The translations under genes and the position numbers were made by a program. Positions 9,965 through 18,748 of a stretch of DNA of 64,000 nt are shown here, in pieces. The stretch spans positions 248,001-312,000 of the forward strand of contig NZ_SMNA01000003.1 in the NCBI RefSeq assembly GCF_004353825.1, given 5' to 3'. Every line of letters starts with the position of its first letter. The first letter of the stretch is position 1. The stretch is from Occultella glacieicola (GTDB lineage Bacteria > Actinomycetota > Actinomycetes > Actinomycetales > Beutenbergiaceae). The notes under the pieces were generated by a model. The model was not told the DNA's origin and ran no database searches. It saw nothing but the letters and a program-made list of their open reading frames with translations.

Positions 9965-10070
9965 TCGACCCGAGCAGGCGATCCGGCTCGTCGCCCGCGC
10001 CATGATGCGGGCGACCCACGGTTGCGGGACAGCGCCGGCTTCGGACCGGCTTCCCCTGACCTCGGGTCGA
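9965..10070 (-). ncRNA. Cobalamin riboswitch
   Basis: Minus strand reads AGGGGAAGCCGGT-CCGAAGCCGGCGCTGTCCCGCAACCGTG...GAGCCGGATCGCCTGC, closed by a perfect 10-bp stem (TCGACCCGAG/CTCGGGTCGA); lies upstream of the ECF operon. Confidence 0.9.
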
Positions 10071-10149
10071 TTGGGTTGTGTTGAGGCGCAGTCTATGGCC
10101 GCGCGGCGGGAACCGTGCGCCGACGTGGCGGCGGTGGCATGCTCCAGGC

Positions 10150-10737
10150 ATGGCAACGATCTCGACCGGCACCGGCGACGACGGCACCACCGGACTCTTC
10201 CTCGGCGGACGGGTGTCCAAGGCCGAGTCGCAGGTGGAGGCGGCCGGCGACCTCGACGAGACGGTCGCCGTGCTCGGGGTGGCCCGCGCCGCGTGCGCCG
10301 GCGGGGCCACCGTCCCCTTCGGCGACACCGACGACGGCGGCGCGGAGCTCGCGAGCCTGTTGCTGCGGCTGCAGCGCGAACTGTTCGTGTGCGGCGCCGA
10401 CCTGTCCACGAACCCGTTCCACCGGGACCGCCTGGTCCCCGGGACGTCGCTCGTGACGTCGCAGATGGTGGCGGATCTCGAGGCCCTCATGGCCGACCTC
10501 GTGGAACGGCGCCCGCTACGCCCGGTGTTCATCGTGCCGGGCTCGAACCCGGTCGGCGCCTCCCTCGACCACGCCCGCACGGTGGCTCGGCGGGCCGAGC
10601 GCCACGTGGTCGCGGCGCGCGCCTCCGGGGTCGAGGTGAACCCCCAGTTGTCCACGTACCTGAACCGGTTCTCGGACCTGCTCTTCGTGCTGGCCCGGCA
10701 CGCAGGCGGACCGGACGAGCCTGCCAGCCACGACTGA
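10150..10737 (+). CDS. ATP:cob(I)alamin adenosyltransferase, PduO type
   Basis: 'TGDDGTTGL', 'GDLDE', 'LQRELFVCGADL', 'ARTVARRAER', 'YLNRFSDLLFVLAR'. Confidence 0.9.
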   Translation: MATISTGTGDDGTTGLFLGGRVSKAESQVEAAGDLDETVAVLGVARAACAGGATVPFGDTDDGGAELASLLLRLQRELFVCGADLSTNPFHRDRLVPGTSLVTSQMVADLEALMADLVERRPLRPVFIVPGSNPVGASLDHARTVARRAERHVVAARASGVEVNPQLSTYLNRFSDLLFVLARHAGGPDEPASHD

Positions 10738-10775
10738 CCCGCCGCGACGTCCCGATCGTCGAGGCGATCGTACGC

Positions 10776-11112
10776 TCAGACCTCGGTGGCCCGCCGGGCC
10801 GTGATCTCCTCGGTGATCTCGCGGAACCTCTCCTCGGTGAGCGGATAGAAGAACATCACCGAGACCGAGAGCAACATGAAGGCGCCGACCAGGCCACCGG
10901 CCCACAACTGGATGCTCGCCGCCACACCGTCGGCCTGCATCTGCCCGGCCGCAGCGCTCGCGGCGCTGAACCCGGCCCAGGTGAGCGCGAAGCCACCGAC
11001 GAAGCCGCCCGAGCGCCTCCGCGACCCTCGTCCCCACGAGCGTCGCGCCGGCACCGTAGTGCTCGAACATCGTCACTACCGGCACCTCCGCCGGACGCTG
11101 ATCGGTCTCCAT
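10776..11112 (-). pseudogene. Chimeric remnant: N-terminus of a cytidylate-kinase-like gene joined out of frame to the C-terminus of a GPH-family (MFS) sugar symporter
   Basis: ATG 11112 gives 'METDQRPAEVPVVTMFEHYGAGATLVGTRVAEALG'; another frame from ~11009 gives 'GGFVGGFALTWAGF...MFFYPLTEERFREITEEITARR'. Confidence 0.65.
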
Positions 11113-11297
11113 CGCGCTCACTCTCCCGATAGTCCGGCGGGCCTCTTCGCCACCGTCGTCTGGTTCGTTGTCGAGTGCCCCCGGCTCACCCCAGCATGCC
11201 CTCAACGCGATCGGAATGTGTGCAGTTCGTGAAGAGACGGCGGACGGGGTGTTGTCGGCGACGGATCGCCACGGTGGTTCCCGGTCCGCCGACATGC

Positions 11298-11335
11298 CGA
11301 GGGCGTCCCCCGGCACCGGCCGGGGGACGCCCTCG
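11298..11335 (-). terminator. GC-rich hairpin terminator downstream of the sugar operon
   Basis: 17-bp perfect IR CGAGGGCGTCCCCCGGC-accg-GCCGGGGGACGCCCTCG, 7 nt after the stop codon. Confidence 0.7.
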
Positions 11336-11342
11336 TCGATGG

Positions 11343-12347
11343 TCAGCGGGTGCTGAACGCGGCGTCGAACGCGGCCTCGGGCGCGTCGAAGGCGAACCGC
11401 TTCACGAACTCCAGCGCCTCCGGTGCCCCGACGAGCCGGTCCATGCCGGCGTCCTCCCATTCCACCGAGATGGGGCCGTCGTAGCCGATGTGGTTGAGCG
11501 CGCGGAAGGCGTCCTCCCAGGGCACGTCGCCGTGCCCGGTGGAGACGAAGTCCCAACCGCGGCGCGGGTCCGCCCAGGGCAGGTGCGAGGACAGCCGACC
11601 GTTGCGGCCGTTGGTCATCCGCAGCTTCGTGTCCTTGCAGTCGACGTGGTAGATGCGGTCGGCGAAGTCGACGAGGAAGGAGACCGGGTCGATCTGCTGC
11701 CAGACCATGTGGCTCGGGTCCCAGTTCAGGCCGAACGCCTCCCGGTGCCCGATGGCCTCGAGGGTGCGCACGGTCGACCAGTAGTCGTAGGCGATCTCGC
11801 TCGGGTGCACCTCATGTGCGAACCGGACCCCGACCTCGTCGAAGACATCCAGGATCGGGTTCCACCGGTCCGCGAAGTCCTGATAGCCGGCCGCGATGAT
11901 CTCGTCGCGCACGGGCGGGAACATCGCGACGTACTTCCAGATCGCCGACCCGGTGAAGCCGACCACCGTCTTGACGCCGAGCCGGGCGGCGGCCCGGGCC
12001 GTGTTCTTCATCTCCTCGGCGGCCCGCCGGCGCACACCCTCGGCGTCGCCGTCGCCCCAGATGGAGTCGGGCAGCATCTCGCGGTGCCGGATGTCGATCG
12101 GGTCGTCGCAGACGGCCTGTCCCTTGAGGTGGTTGGAGATCGCCCAGACCTTGAGGTCGTACCGGGCGAGCAGGTCCAGCTTCTCCTGGACGTAGTCGTC
12201 GTCGGTGGCGGCGCGGTTCGGGTCCAGGTGGTCGCCCCAACAGGCGATCTCGAGGCCGTCGTAGCCCCACTCGGAGGCGAGCCGGGCGACCTCCTCGAAC
12301 GGGAGGTCCGCCCACTGTCCGGTGAACAGGGTGATCGGTCGTGCCAT
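11343..12347 (-). CDS. Sugar phosphate isomerase/epimerase (xylose-isomerase-like TIM barrel)
   Basis: '[11 protein letters not shown]', '[13 protein letters not shown]', 'FAHEVHP', 'WDPSH', 'HVDCKD', 'SVEWED'. Confidence 0.9.
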   Translation of the reverse strand: MARPITLFTGQWADLPFEEVARLASEWGYDGLEIACWGDHLDPNRAATDDDYVQEKLDLLARYDLKVWAISNHLKGQAVCDDPIDIRHREMLPDSIWGDGDAEGVRRRAAEEMKNTARAAARLGVKTVVGFTGSAIWKYVAMFPPVRDEIIAAGYQDFADRWNPILDVFDEVGVRFAHEVHPSEIAYDYWSTVRTLEAIGHREAFGLNWDPSHMVWQQIDPVSFLVDFADRIYHVDCKDTKLRMTNGRNGRLSSHLPWADPRRGWDFVSTGHGDVPWEDAFRALNHIGYDGPISVEWEDAGMDRLVGAPEALEFVKRFAFDAPEAAFDAAFSTR

Positions 12348-12386
12348 GGGAAATCTGCTCCTCGCTGCGGGTTGTCTTCGGTCTGA

Positions 12387-13580
12387 TCAGGCTGGTTCGG
12401 TGCCGGAGGTCGGGACCGTCACCCAGTTGCTCCCACTCTGGGCGCTCTCCTCGACGGCAGCAAGGACCCGCTGGACCGCGAGCCCGTCCGCGAACGACGG
12501 TTCGGGCTGGTCGCCGGCGGCGATCGCCGTAGTCAGGTCCACCACCTGGTGGGTGAACGCGTGCTCGTAGCCGAGGCCGTGACCGGCCGGCCACCACGCG
12601 GAGATGAACGGGTGCTCCGGTTCGGTGACGAGGATCCGGCGGTACCCGGCGGTGCGGGTGTCCTCGCCGGCGTCGAAGTACTCGAGCACGTTCAGGTCCT
12701 CCAGGTCGAACGCGATCGAGCCGGCCGAGCCGTTGATCTCGAACCGCAGGGCGTTCTTGCGGCCCCAGGCGAACCGGGTGGCCTCGAACGTCCCGATCGC
12801 GCCGCCGGTGAGGCGGGCCAGCCAGATCGAGGCGTCGTCCACGGTCACCGGCCCGAGTTCCGCGCCGCCGGTGCCGGCCAGGCCGGAGAACTCGGTGGCC
12901 ACGGGGCGCTCCTTGACGAACGTCTCGGTGAGACCGGCGACGCCCGTGATCGCCTGACCGGTGACGAACTGGATCAGGTCGGTGATGTGGGCGCCGATGT
13001 CCCCGAGCGCACCGGAACCGGCCCTCGTCTTGTCCAGCCGCCAGGACAGTGGTGCGCCGGAGTCCGCGATCCAGTCCTGGAGGTACTGGGCCCGAACCTG
13101 CCGGATCGTCCCGAGCCGACCCTCGTCGACGAACTGACGGGCGAGCTGGATGGCGGGGACCCGGCGGTAGGTGAAGCCCACCATCGCGAGCACGCCGTTG
13201 GCACGGGCGGCCTCGGCGGCGGCGGCCATCTGTTCGGCCTCGGCGACCGAGTTCGCCAGTGGCTTCTCGCAGAGCACGTGCTTGCCGGCCTCCAGGGCGG
13301 CGATAGCGATCTCCGCGTGAGTGTCACCCGGCGTGCACACATCCACCAGGTCGACGTCATCGCGGGCGATCGCGGTGCGCCAGTCCGTCTCCGTGTCACG
13401 CCAGTCCAGCTTCTGCGCCGCGGCGGCCAGCGCCTGCGGGTTCCGCCCGCAGATCACCTGCTGGACCGGGGTGAGCGGCAGATCGAAGAAGCGTGGTGCG
13501 TTGCGCCACGCCTGCGAGTGGGCGGCACCCATGAAGGCGTAGCCGATCATCGCGACGTTCAGGGCTGGACTGACGGACAT
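12387..13580 (-). CDS. Gfo/Idh/MocA family oxidoreductase
   Basis: 'IGYAFMG', 'GKHVLCEKPL', 'GALGDIGAH'. Confidence 0.9.
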   Translation of the reverse strand: MSVSPALNVAMIGYAFMGAAHSQAWRNAPRFFDLPLTPVQQVICGRNPQALAAAAQKLDWRDTETDWRTAIARDDVDLVDVCTPGDTHAEIAIAALEAGKHVLCEKPLANSVAEAEQMAAAAEAARANGVLAMVGFTYRRVPAIQLARQFVDEGRLGTIRQVRAQYLQDWIADSGAPLSWRLDKTRAGSGALGDIGAHITDLIQFVTGQAITGVAGLTETFVKERPVATEFSGLAGTGGAELGPVTVDDASIWLARLTGGAIGTFEATRFAWGRKNALRFEINGSAGSIAFDLEDLNVLEYFDAGEDTRTAGYRRILVTEPEHPFISAWWPAGHGLGYEHAFTHQVVDLTTAIAAGDQPEPSFADGLAVQRVLAAVEESAQSGSNWVTVPTSGTEPA

Positions 13581-13613
13581 GGAACTCTCTCTCATTGGGG
13601 ATTGCTCGTGCGG

Positions 13614-13649
13614 CAGGGCCGTGGCGGCCGGTCGGCCACCACGGCCCTG
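13614..13649. other. Intercistronic hairpin after the substrate-binding protein gene
   Basis: CAGGGCCGTGG...CCACGGCCCTG inverted repeat; possible mRNA stabiliser or partial terminator. Confidence 0.5.
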
Positions 13650-13687
13650 GGTCCGACGGCCGGATCACCGACCATCGGCCGAACCGG

Positions 13688-14761
13688 TCAGGACTGGAAG
13701 GCCGTAGGCAGATACTGCTCCACGTTCTCCGACGTCACCACCGGGGCATACAGCTGGATCAGGCGGGGAACCTCGACCTCGACGAGGTCGGTGAGGGCTC
13801 GCTGCTGGACGACGAGCCGGGCCAGCGCGATGCCGTCCGCGGCCTGCGTGGCCGGGTAGATGACGGTGGCCTGGACCACCGAGTCCCCGCTCTGGATCAG
13901 CTCCATCATGTTGACCGATCCGGCGCCGCCGACCATGACGAACTCGTCGCGGCCGGCGTTCTCGATGGCGGCCATCACGCCGACGCCCTGGTCGTCGTCG
14001 TGGTTCCACAGGGCGTCGATCTGAGGCGCGGCCTGGAGCAGGTTCGACGCCGCCGCCTCCCCGCCCTGCACCGTGAAGTCCGCTGCGACCCGGTTGTCGA
14101 CGTCCTGCCCGCACTCGGCCAGGGCGTCGGAGAATCCGCGGCTGCGGTCCTGGGTCAGCGGCAGCGAATCGATGCCGGCGATCTCGGCGATCACGGCATC
14201 GGCATTGTCACCGACCTGCTCGCAGATGTACTGACCCGCGCTGACCCCCATGCCGTAGTTGTCCCCGAGCACGGTGACGCGGGCGGCGTTCGGGTCGGAG
14301 AACTCGCGGTCGACGTTGACGACCACGATGCCCGCCTCCATGGCGCGCAGGGCCACCTCGGTGAGGGCGGCGCCGTCGAACGGCAGCAGCACGATCGCAT
14401 CGACGCCGTCGTTGATGAATGTCTCAACCTGGCTGATCTGCAGGTTGACGTCGTTGGTGCCCTCGGCGACCCGGAGTTCGACGTCGGAGTAGGTGGCCGC
14501 GTGCTCCTCGGCGGCCTCGGTGATGGCACCCATCCAGCCGTGGTCGGCGGCAGGCGCGGAGAAGCCGATCACGACGGTCTCCCCAGCCTCGGCGTTCGGG
14601 TTGCCGCCGCCGCCGTCAGCATCACCGGCGTCACCGGCGGCGGTCTCCTCGTCCTCGGGCGGTGGCTCGTTGCTGGTGCAGCCAGCCGTGACCATGGCCA
14701 CGGCGGCCAGCCCGGCGATACCGACCAGTAGCCGTCGGCGCAGCGTCATCGGTGCAGACAT
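13688..14761 (-). CDS. Sugar ABC transporter substrate-binding lipoprotein (RbsB-like)
   Basis: Lipobox 'TAGC'; periplasmic-binding type I motifs 'GVDAIVLLP', 'VVNVDR', 'GDNYGMG'. Confidence 0.9.
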   Translation of the reverse strand: MSAPMTLRRRLLVGIAGLAAVAMVTAGCTSNEPPPEDEETAAGDAGDADGGGGNPNAEAGETVVIGFSAPAADHGWMGAITEAAEEHAATYSDVELRVAEGTNDVNLQISQVETFINDGVDAIVLLPFDGAALTEVALRAMEAGIVVVNVDREFSDPNAARVTVLGDNYGMGVSAGQYICEQVGDNADAVIAEIAGIDSLPLTQDRSRGFSDALAECGQDVDNRVAADFTVQGGEAAASNLLQAAPQIDALWNHDDDQGVGVMAAIENAGRDEFVMVGGAGSVNMMELIQSGDSVVQATVIYPATQAADGIALARLVVQQRALTDLVEVEVPRLIQLYAPVVTSENVEQYLPTAFQS

Positions 14762-14807
14762 GGTGTTTCCTCTCGGTTGGCAAGGCGATGCGATGGGTTC
14801 GGGGGAA

Positions 14808-15839
14808 CTACGGGGACGAGGAACCGGACCGGCTCGCGAACCGCTGCTGGAGCAGCACGGCGAGCACGATGATGGCGCCCTTGACGATGGACTGGGCGGA
14901 GATGGACAGGTTGTTCAGGGTGAAGATGTTGCTCAGCGTCGCGAAGATCAGGACGCCGAAGACCGTGCCGACGATCGTGCCGCGGCCACCGATGAGTAGC
15001 GTGCCGCCCACCACGACGGCGGCGATCGCGTCCAGTTCGTAGAGCCCTCCGTGCGTCGAGCTGCCGACCGTCGTGCGGGCGATCATCATGGCGCCGGCCA
15101 GGCCGGAGCAGAACCCACAGAGCACGTACAGCGCCACGGTGTGGGCTCGTACCCGGATGCCTGCCAACCGAGCGGCTTCGGCGTTGCCGCCCACCGCGAT
15201 GGTCCGGCGCCCGAACGTGGTCCGGTTCAGCAGCACCCAACCGGCGGCGGCGACGATCAGGAACACCCACACCAAGGTCGGCAGGCCCAGCGGCCGGGCA
15301 TCGAAGAAGTTGTCGAACCCCGGCACGTCCAGGATCTGGTTCCGATTGTTCGAGATGATCTCCGCGAGTCCGCGGGCCGCGACCATCATGGCCAGGGTCG
15401 CGATGAACGCGACCACCTTGCCGTAGGCGATGAGGATGCCGCTGACCAGTCCGCAGGCGGCACCGACGGCGCAGGCGGTGAACACCACCACGAGCCAGTG
15501 CACGTCCCCGGCCATGGCCTGGGTGGCGAGCGTGGAGGCCCAGACCGAGGCCAGGCCGAGCACCGAGCCGACGGACAGGTCGATGCCGCCGCCGGTGATC
15601 ACGAACGTCATGCCGACGCTGACCACGCCGGTCACGGAGGCGAACCGCAGGATCGTGATGAAGTTGTCACCGTCCAGGAACCGGGTGTCGGCAGTGAACC
15701 AGCCGACCAGGCAGAGCCCGAGGAGAGCGATCACGAGTCCCAGGTTGCGCACCATCCCGCCAGGCAACGAGATGCGTCGGCCCCCGGTCCGGACGGTCTC
15801 CTGTGACGGCGGCGGTGGGGCTTCGGCGGAGGCACTCAC
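14808..15839 (-). CDS. Sugar ABC transporter permease (RbsC-like)
   Basis: 'GMTFVITGGGIDLSVGS', 'GGNAEAARLAGI', 'YELDAIAAVVVGGT'. Confidence 0.92.
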   Translation of the reverse strand: MSASAEAPPPPSQETVRTGGRRISLPGGMVRNLGLVIALLGLCLVGWFTADTRFLDGDNFITILRFASVTGVVSVGMTFVITGGGIDLSVGSVLGLASVWASTLATQAMAGDVHWLVVVFTACAVGAACGLVSGILIAYGKVVAFIATLAMMVAARGLAEIISNNRNQILDVPGFDNFFDARPLGLPTLVWVFLIVAAAGWVLLNRTTFGRRTIAVGGNAEAARLAGIRVRAHTVALYVLCGFCSGLAGAMMIARTTVGSSTHGGLYELDAIAAVVVGGTLLIGGRGTIVGTVFGVLIFATLSNIFTLNNLSISAQSIVKGAIIVLAVLLQQRFASRSGSSSP

Positions 15840-17347
15840 GCTGCCTCTCCTTCCATGACGAGGTCGAGGACCCGGTGTTCGTCGATATCCCGGGCCGGGC
15901 CGCTGTGGACCACCCGCCCGTCGGCGACCACGTGAATGGTGTCACTGAGCCCGAGCACCTCGGGCAACTCGCTGGAGACCACGAGGATGGCCGTGCCGGC
16001 CGCGGCGAGCTCCGCGATCAACTTGTAGATCTCCGCGCGGGCGCCGACGTCGACGCCACGGGTCGGTTCGTCGAGGACCAGGACCCGGCACCCGTGCTCC
16101 AACCACCGGCCGAGCAGGATCTTCTGCTGATTGCCGCCCGAGAACGTTCGGGTCACCCGGTTCGGGTCGGCCGGGCGCAGCTCGAGCCCGGTGATCTGCC
16201 GCATCGCGGCGCGGCGTTCCCGGTGCTCGTCGAGGAACCCGCCACGCGCGATGCGGGCGAACGAGGACAGCGTGATGTTCCGGTACAGCGGCTCATCCAG
16301 GAGCAGCCCCTGGCTCTTGCGCTCCTCTGGGCACAGCCCGACGCCTGCGGACACGGCGTCCGGCACCGAGCCGGGCCGCAACCGCCGCCCGTCGACCAGG
16401 ACCCGACCGGCGCTCGGTCGCCGGACGCCGCAGATCGCCTCCAGGATCTCGGACCGGCCGGACCCGACGAGACCCGCCAGACCCACGATCTCGCCAGCGC
16501 GGATCTGTAGCGAGACCCCCTCGAAGGTCCCCGGCAGGGCCAGGTCCTCGACGTTCAGGACCTCCGCGGCATCGGCTGCCACCGATGGCCGAGGCGGGAA
16601 CACGTACTCCTCGGTACGGCCGGTCATCAGCGTGATCAGCTCCCGGGTGGAGGTCGTCGCGACGTCGAGCCCGGTCGCCACCGTGCGGCCGTTCTTGAGC
16701 ACGGTGATCCGGTCGCCGACCTGCCGGATCTCCTCCAGTCGGTGCGAGATGTAGATGATCGCGACGCCCGCTGCCGTGACCTCGCGGACCACCCGGAAGA
16801 GGTTCTCGACCTCCTCGGCATCCAGGACGGCCGACGGCTCGTCCATCACGATGAGGCGGGCCTTCCGGGAGAGCGCACGGGCCATCGAGACCACCTGCTT
16901 GCCCGCCGCGGACAGCCGGCCCACCTCCAGGCGTGGCGAGATCTCGGCGTGGCCGAGCTGGGCGAGCAGCTCCCGGGACCGGGCGATCATGGCGCCGGCG
17001 TTGCTCAGACCGGCCCTCGACAGTTCGTGGCCGAGGAAGATGTTCTCGGCGACCGTGAGCCCGTCGACGACGTCGAGCTCCTGGTACATCGTCGCGATCC
17101 CGAGCCGCAGCGCGGCCACCGGGCTGGTGATCGTGACCGGTTGGTCGTCGATGTGGATCTCGCCGTCGTTCGGCTGGTGGGCCCCGGCGAGGACCTTGAT
17201 CAGGGTCGACTTCCCGGCCCCGTTCTGTCCGAGCACGCAGTGCACCTCACCGGTGCGCACGTCGAGATCCACGCCATCGAGTGCCTTCGCACCCGGGAAG
17301 TTTTTGACGGTGCCACGCATCGTCAGGAACGTGTCGCCGGTGACCAT
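15836..17347 (-). CDS. Sugar ABC transporter ATP-binding protein (RbsA-like)
   Basis: GQNGAGKST, 'SGGNQQK', 'DEPTRGVDVGA'; two ABC domains. Confidence 0.92.
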   Translation of the reverse strand: MVTGDTFLTMRGTVKNFPGAKALDGVDLDVRTGEVHCVLGQNGAGKSTLIKVLAGAHQPNDGEIHIDDQPVTITSPVAALRLGIATMYQELDVVDGLTVAENIFLGHELSRAGLSNAGAMIARSRELLAQLGHAEISPRLEVGRLSAAGKQVVSMARALSRKARLIVMDEPSAVLDAEEVENLFRVVREVTAAGVAIIYISHRLEEIRQVGDRITVLKNGRTVATGLDVATTSTRELITLMTGRTEEYVFPPRPSVAADAAEVLNVEDLALPGTFEGVSLQIRAGEIVGLAGLVGSGRSEILEAICGVRRPSAGRVLVDGRRLRPGSVPDAVSAGVGLCPEERKSQGLLLDEPLYRNITLSSFARIARGGFLDEHRERRAAMRQITGLELRPADPNRVTRTFSGGNQQKILLGRWLEHGCRVLVLDEPTRGVDVGARAEIYKLIAELAAAGTAILVVSSELPEVLGLSDTIHVVADGRVVHSGPARDIDEHRVLDLVMEGEAA

Positions 17348-17353
17348 GCGCCG

Positions 17354-17392
17354 AACCTAGGCGACCTTCTGTCGGCCGTCAAGCAAAAGTCG
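17354..17392 (-). promoter_or_regulatory. Sigma-70-type promoter of the sugar operon overlapped by a putative ROK operator
   Basis: TTGACG-N17-TAGGTT-N6-ATG on the minus strand; imperfect palindrome CGACCTTCTG...CAAAAGTCG (17362-17392) covers the -35. Confidence 0.6.
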
Positions 17393-17454
17393 GCGCGGCG
17401 GCCAGCTGTGACCGATCCGTGACCCTATAGTGGTCGTTCGCCGCAAGGAGGCCC

Positions 17455-18636
17455 ATGGGTCAGACCCGTCGATCGAACGCTCCGCCCACCGGGCTCAGCG
17501 GCATGCTCACGCTGCTGCGCGACGGCGTGCCGCGCTCGCGCGCCGAACTCGTGGAGGCGACCGGGCACGCCCGGTCCACCATCGCCCAACGCATCGACCT
17601 GCTGCTCGAGAGCGGCCTGCTGGTCCACGGCGGCGCGGCCAGCTCGACCGGCGGGCGACCGCCGGAGGTGTTCGCGTTCGCGCCGGCCTCGCGCACGATC
17701 CTGGCCGTGGACGCGGGCGCCGCGCACCTGCACGTCGCGGTGACGGACCTCGATGGCAGCATCCTCGCCGAGCGTCAGGAGGAGGCTGCGATCGGCGACG
17801 GCCCGGACGTGATTCTCGCCCGGGTCGCGACGCTCGGCCACGAACTGCTCGGCGAGGTCGGACGCCCGTGCGGCGAACTCGTCGGGGTCGGGGTGGGCGT
17901 GCCCGGACCGGTCGAGCACGACACCGGCAGGCCCCGCAATCCCCCGATCATGCCTGGCTGGGACGGCGCCGACATCCCGGGGCTGCTCGGCGAGCGGTTC
18001 CGGGTGCCGGTCCTCGTCGACAACGACGTGAACCTGATGGCGGCCGGCGAGCACTGGGCCCGCTACCGCGACATCGACGACCTCGTCTTCGTCAAGGTCG
18101 CCACCGGGATCGGGGCGGGCATCATCTCCGAGGGACGGATCCACCGGGGCGCCCAGGGCGCGGCCGGCGACCTCGGCCACATCGCCGTGCCCGGCGGCGC
18201 GGACGTGCTCTGCACCTGCGGCAACACCGGCTGCCTCGAGGCCCTGGCGAGCCGCCGGGCGGTGCGTGCGGCGTGGCTCGCGGCCGGCCGCAGCGCCGAG
18301 GAGGCCGCGGACATCCACGCCCTCATCCGTTCCGATGACCCGCTCGCCCTGGAGTTGTCGAACCGGGCGGGCCGGGACATCGGGGCGGTGCTGGCGGGCA
18401 CGGTCAGCCTGCTCAACCCGTCCGTGGTGGTGATCGGGGGCTCGATGGCGATGGACAACCCGGTCCTCATCGAGGCGATCGCCACCGCGATCCGAACGAG
18501 GTCCCTCGCGCTGGCGACGAGGGACCTGCGCATCGAGACCACCGGCACCGGCGCCCGGGCCGCGGTCCTGGGCGCCGCCCGGATGATCGCCGACCACGTG
18601 CTCTCCGACGAGGCCATCGAGACCCTCCTACCGTGA
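17455..18636 (+). CDS. ROK family transcriptional regulator
   Basis: N-terminal HTH 'SRAELVEATGHARSTI', 'GGRPP', 'DNDVN', 'GAAGDLGH', Cys motif 'CTCGNTGCLE'; TATAGT -10 at 17426. Confidence 0.92.
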   Translation: MGQTRRSNAPPTGLSGMLTLLRDGVPRSRAELVEATGHARSTIAQRIDLLLESGLLVHGGAASSTGGRPPEVFAFAPASRTILAVDAGAAHLHVAVTDLDGSILAERQEEAAIGDGPDVILARVATLGHELLGEVGRPCGELVGVGVGVPGPVEHDTGRPRNPPIMPGWDGADIPGLLGERFRVPVLVDNDVNLMAAGEHWARYRDIDDLVFVKVATGIGAGIISEGRIHRGAQGAAGDLGHIAVPGGADVLCTCGNTGCLEALASRRAVRAAWLAAGRSAEEAADIHALIRSDDPLALELSNRAGRDIGAVLAGTVSLLNPSVVVIGGSMAMDNPVLIEAIATAIRTRSLALATRDLRIETTGTGARAAVLGAARMIADHVLSDEAIETLLP

Positions 18637-18748
18637 GGCCCGGGCTCTGGTCTGCGGGGCCGCCGCTCCACTAGGGTCGGCACCAGTTCTCGCACGTGTT
18701 CGACCCAGCGGATGAGGCCCGTGTGGCCACGACAAGAGGACATCGAAG

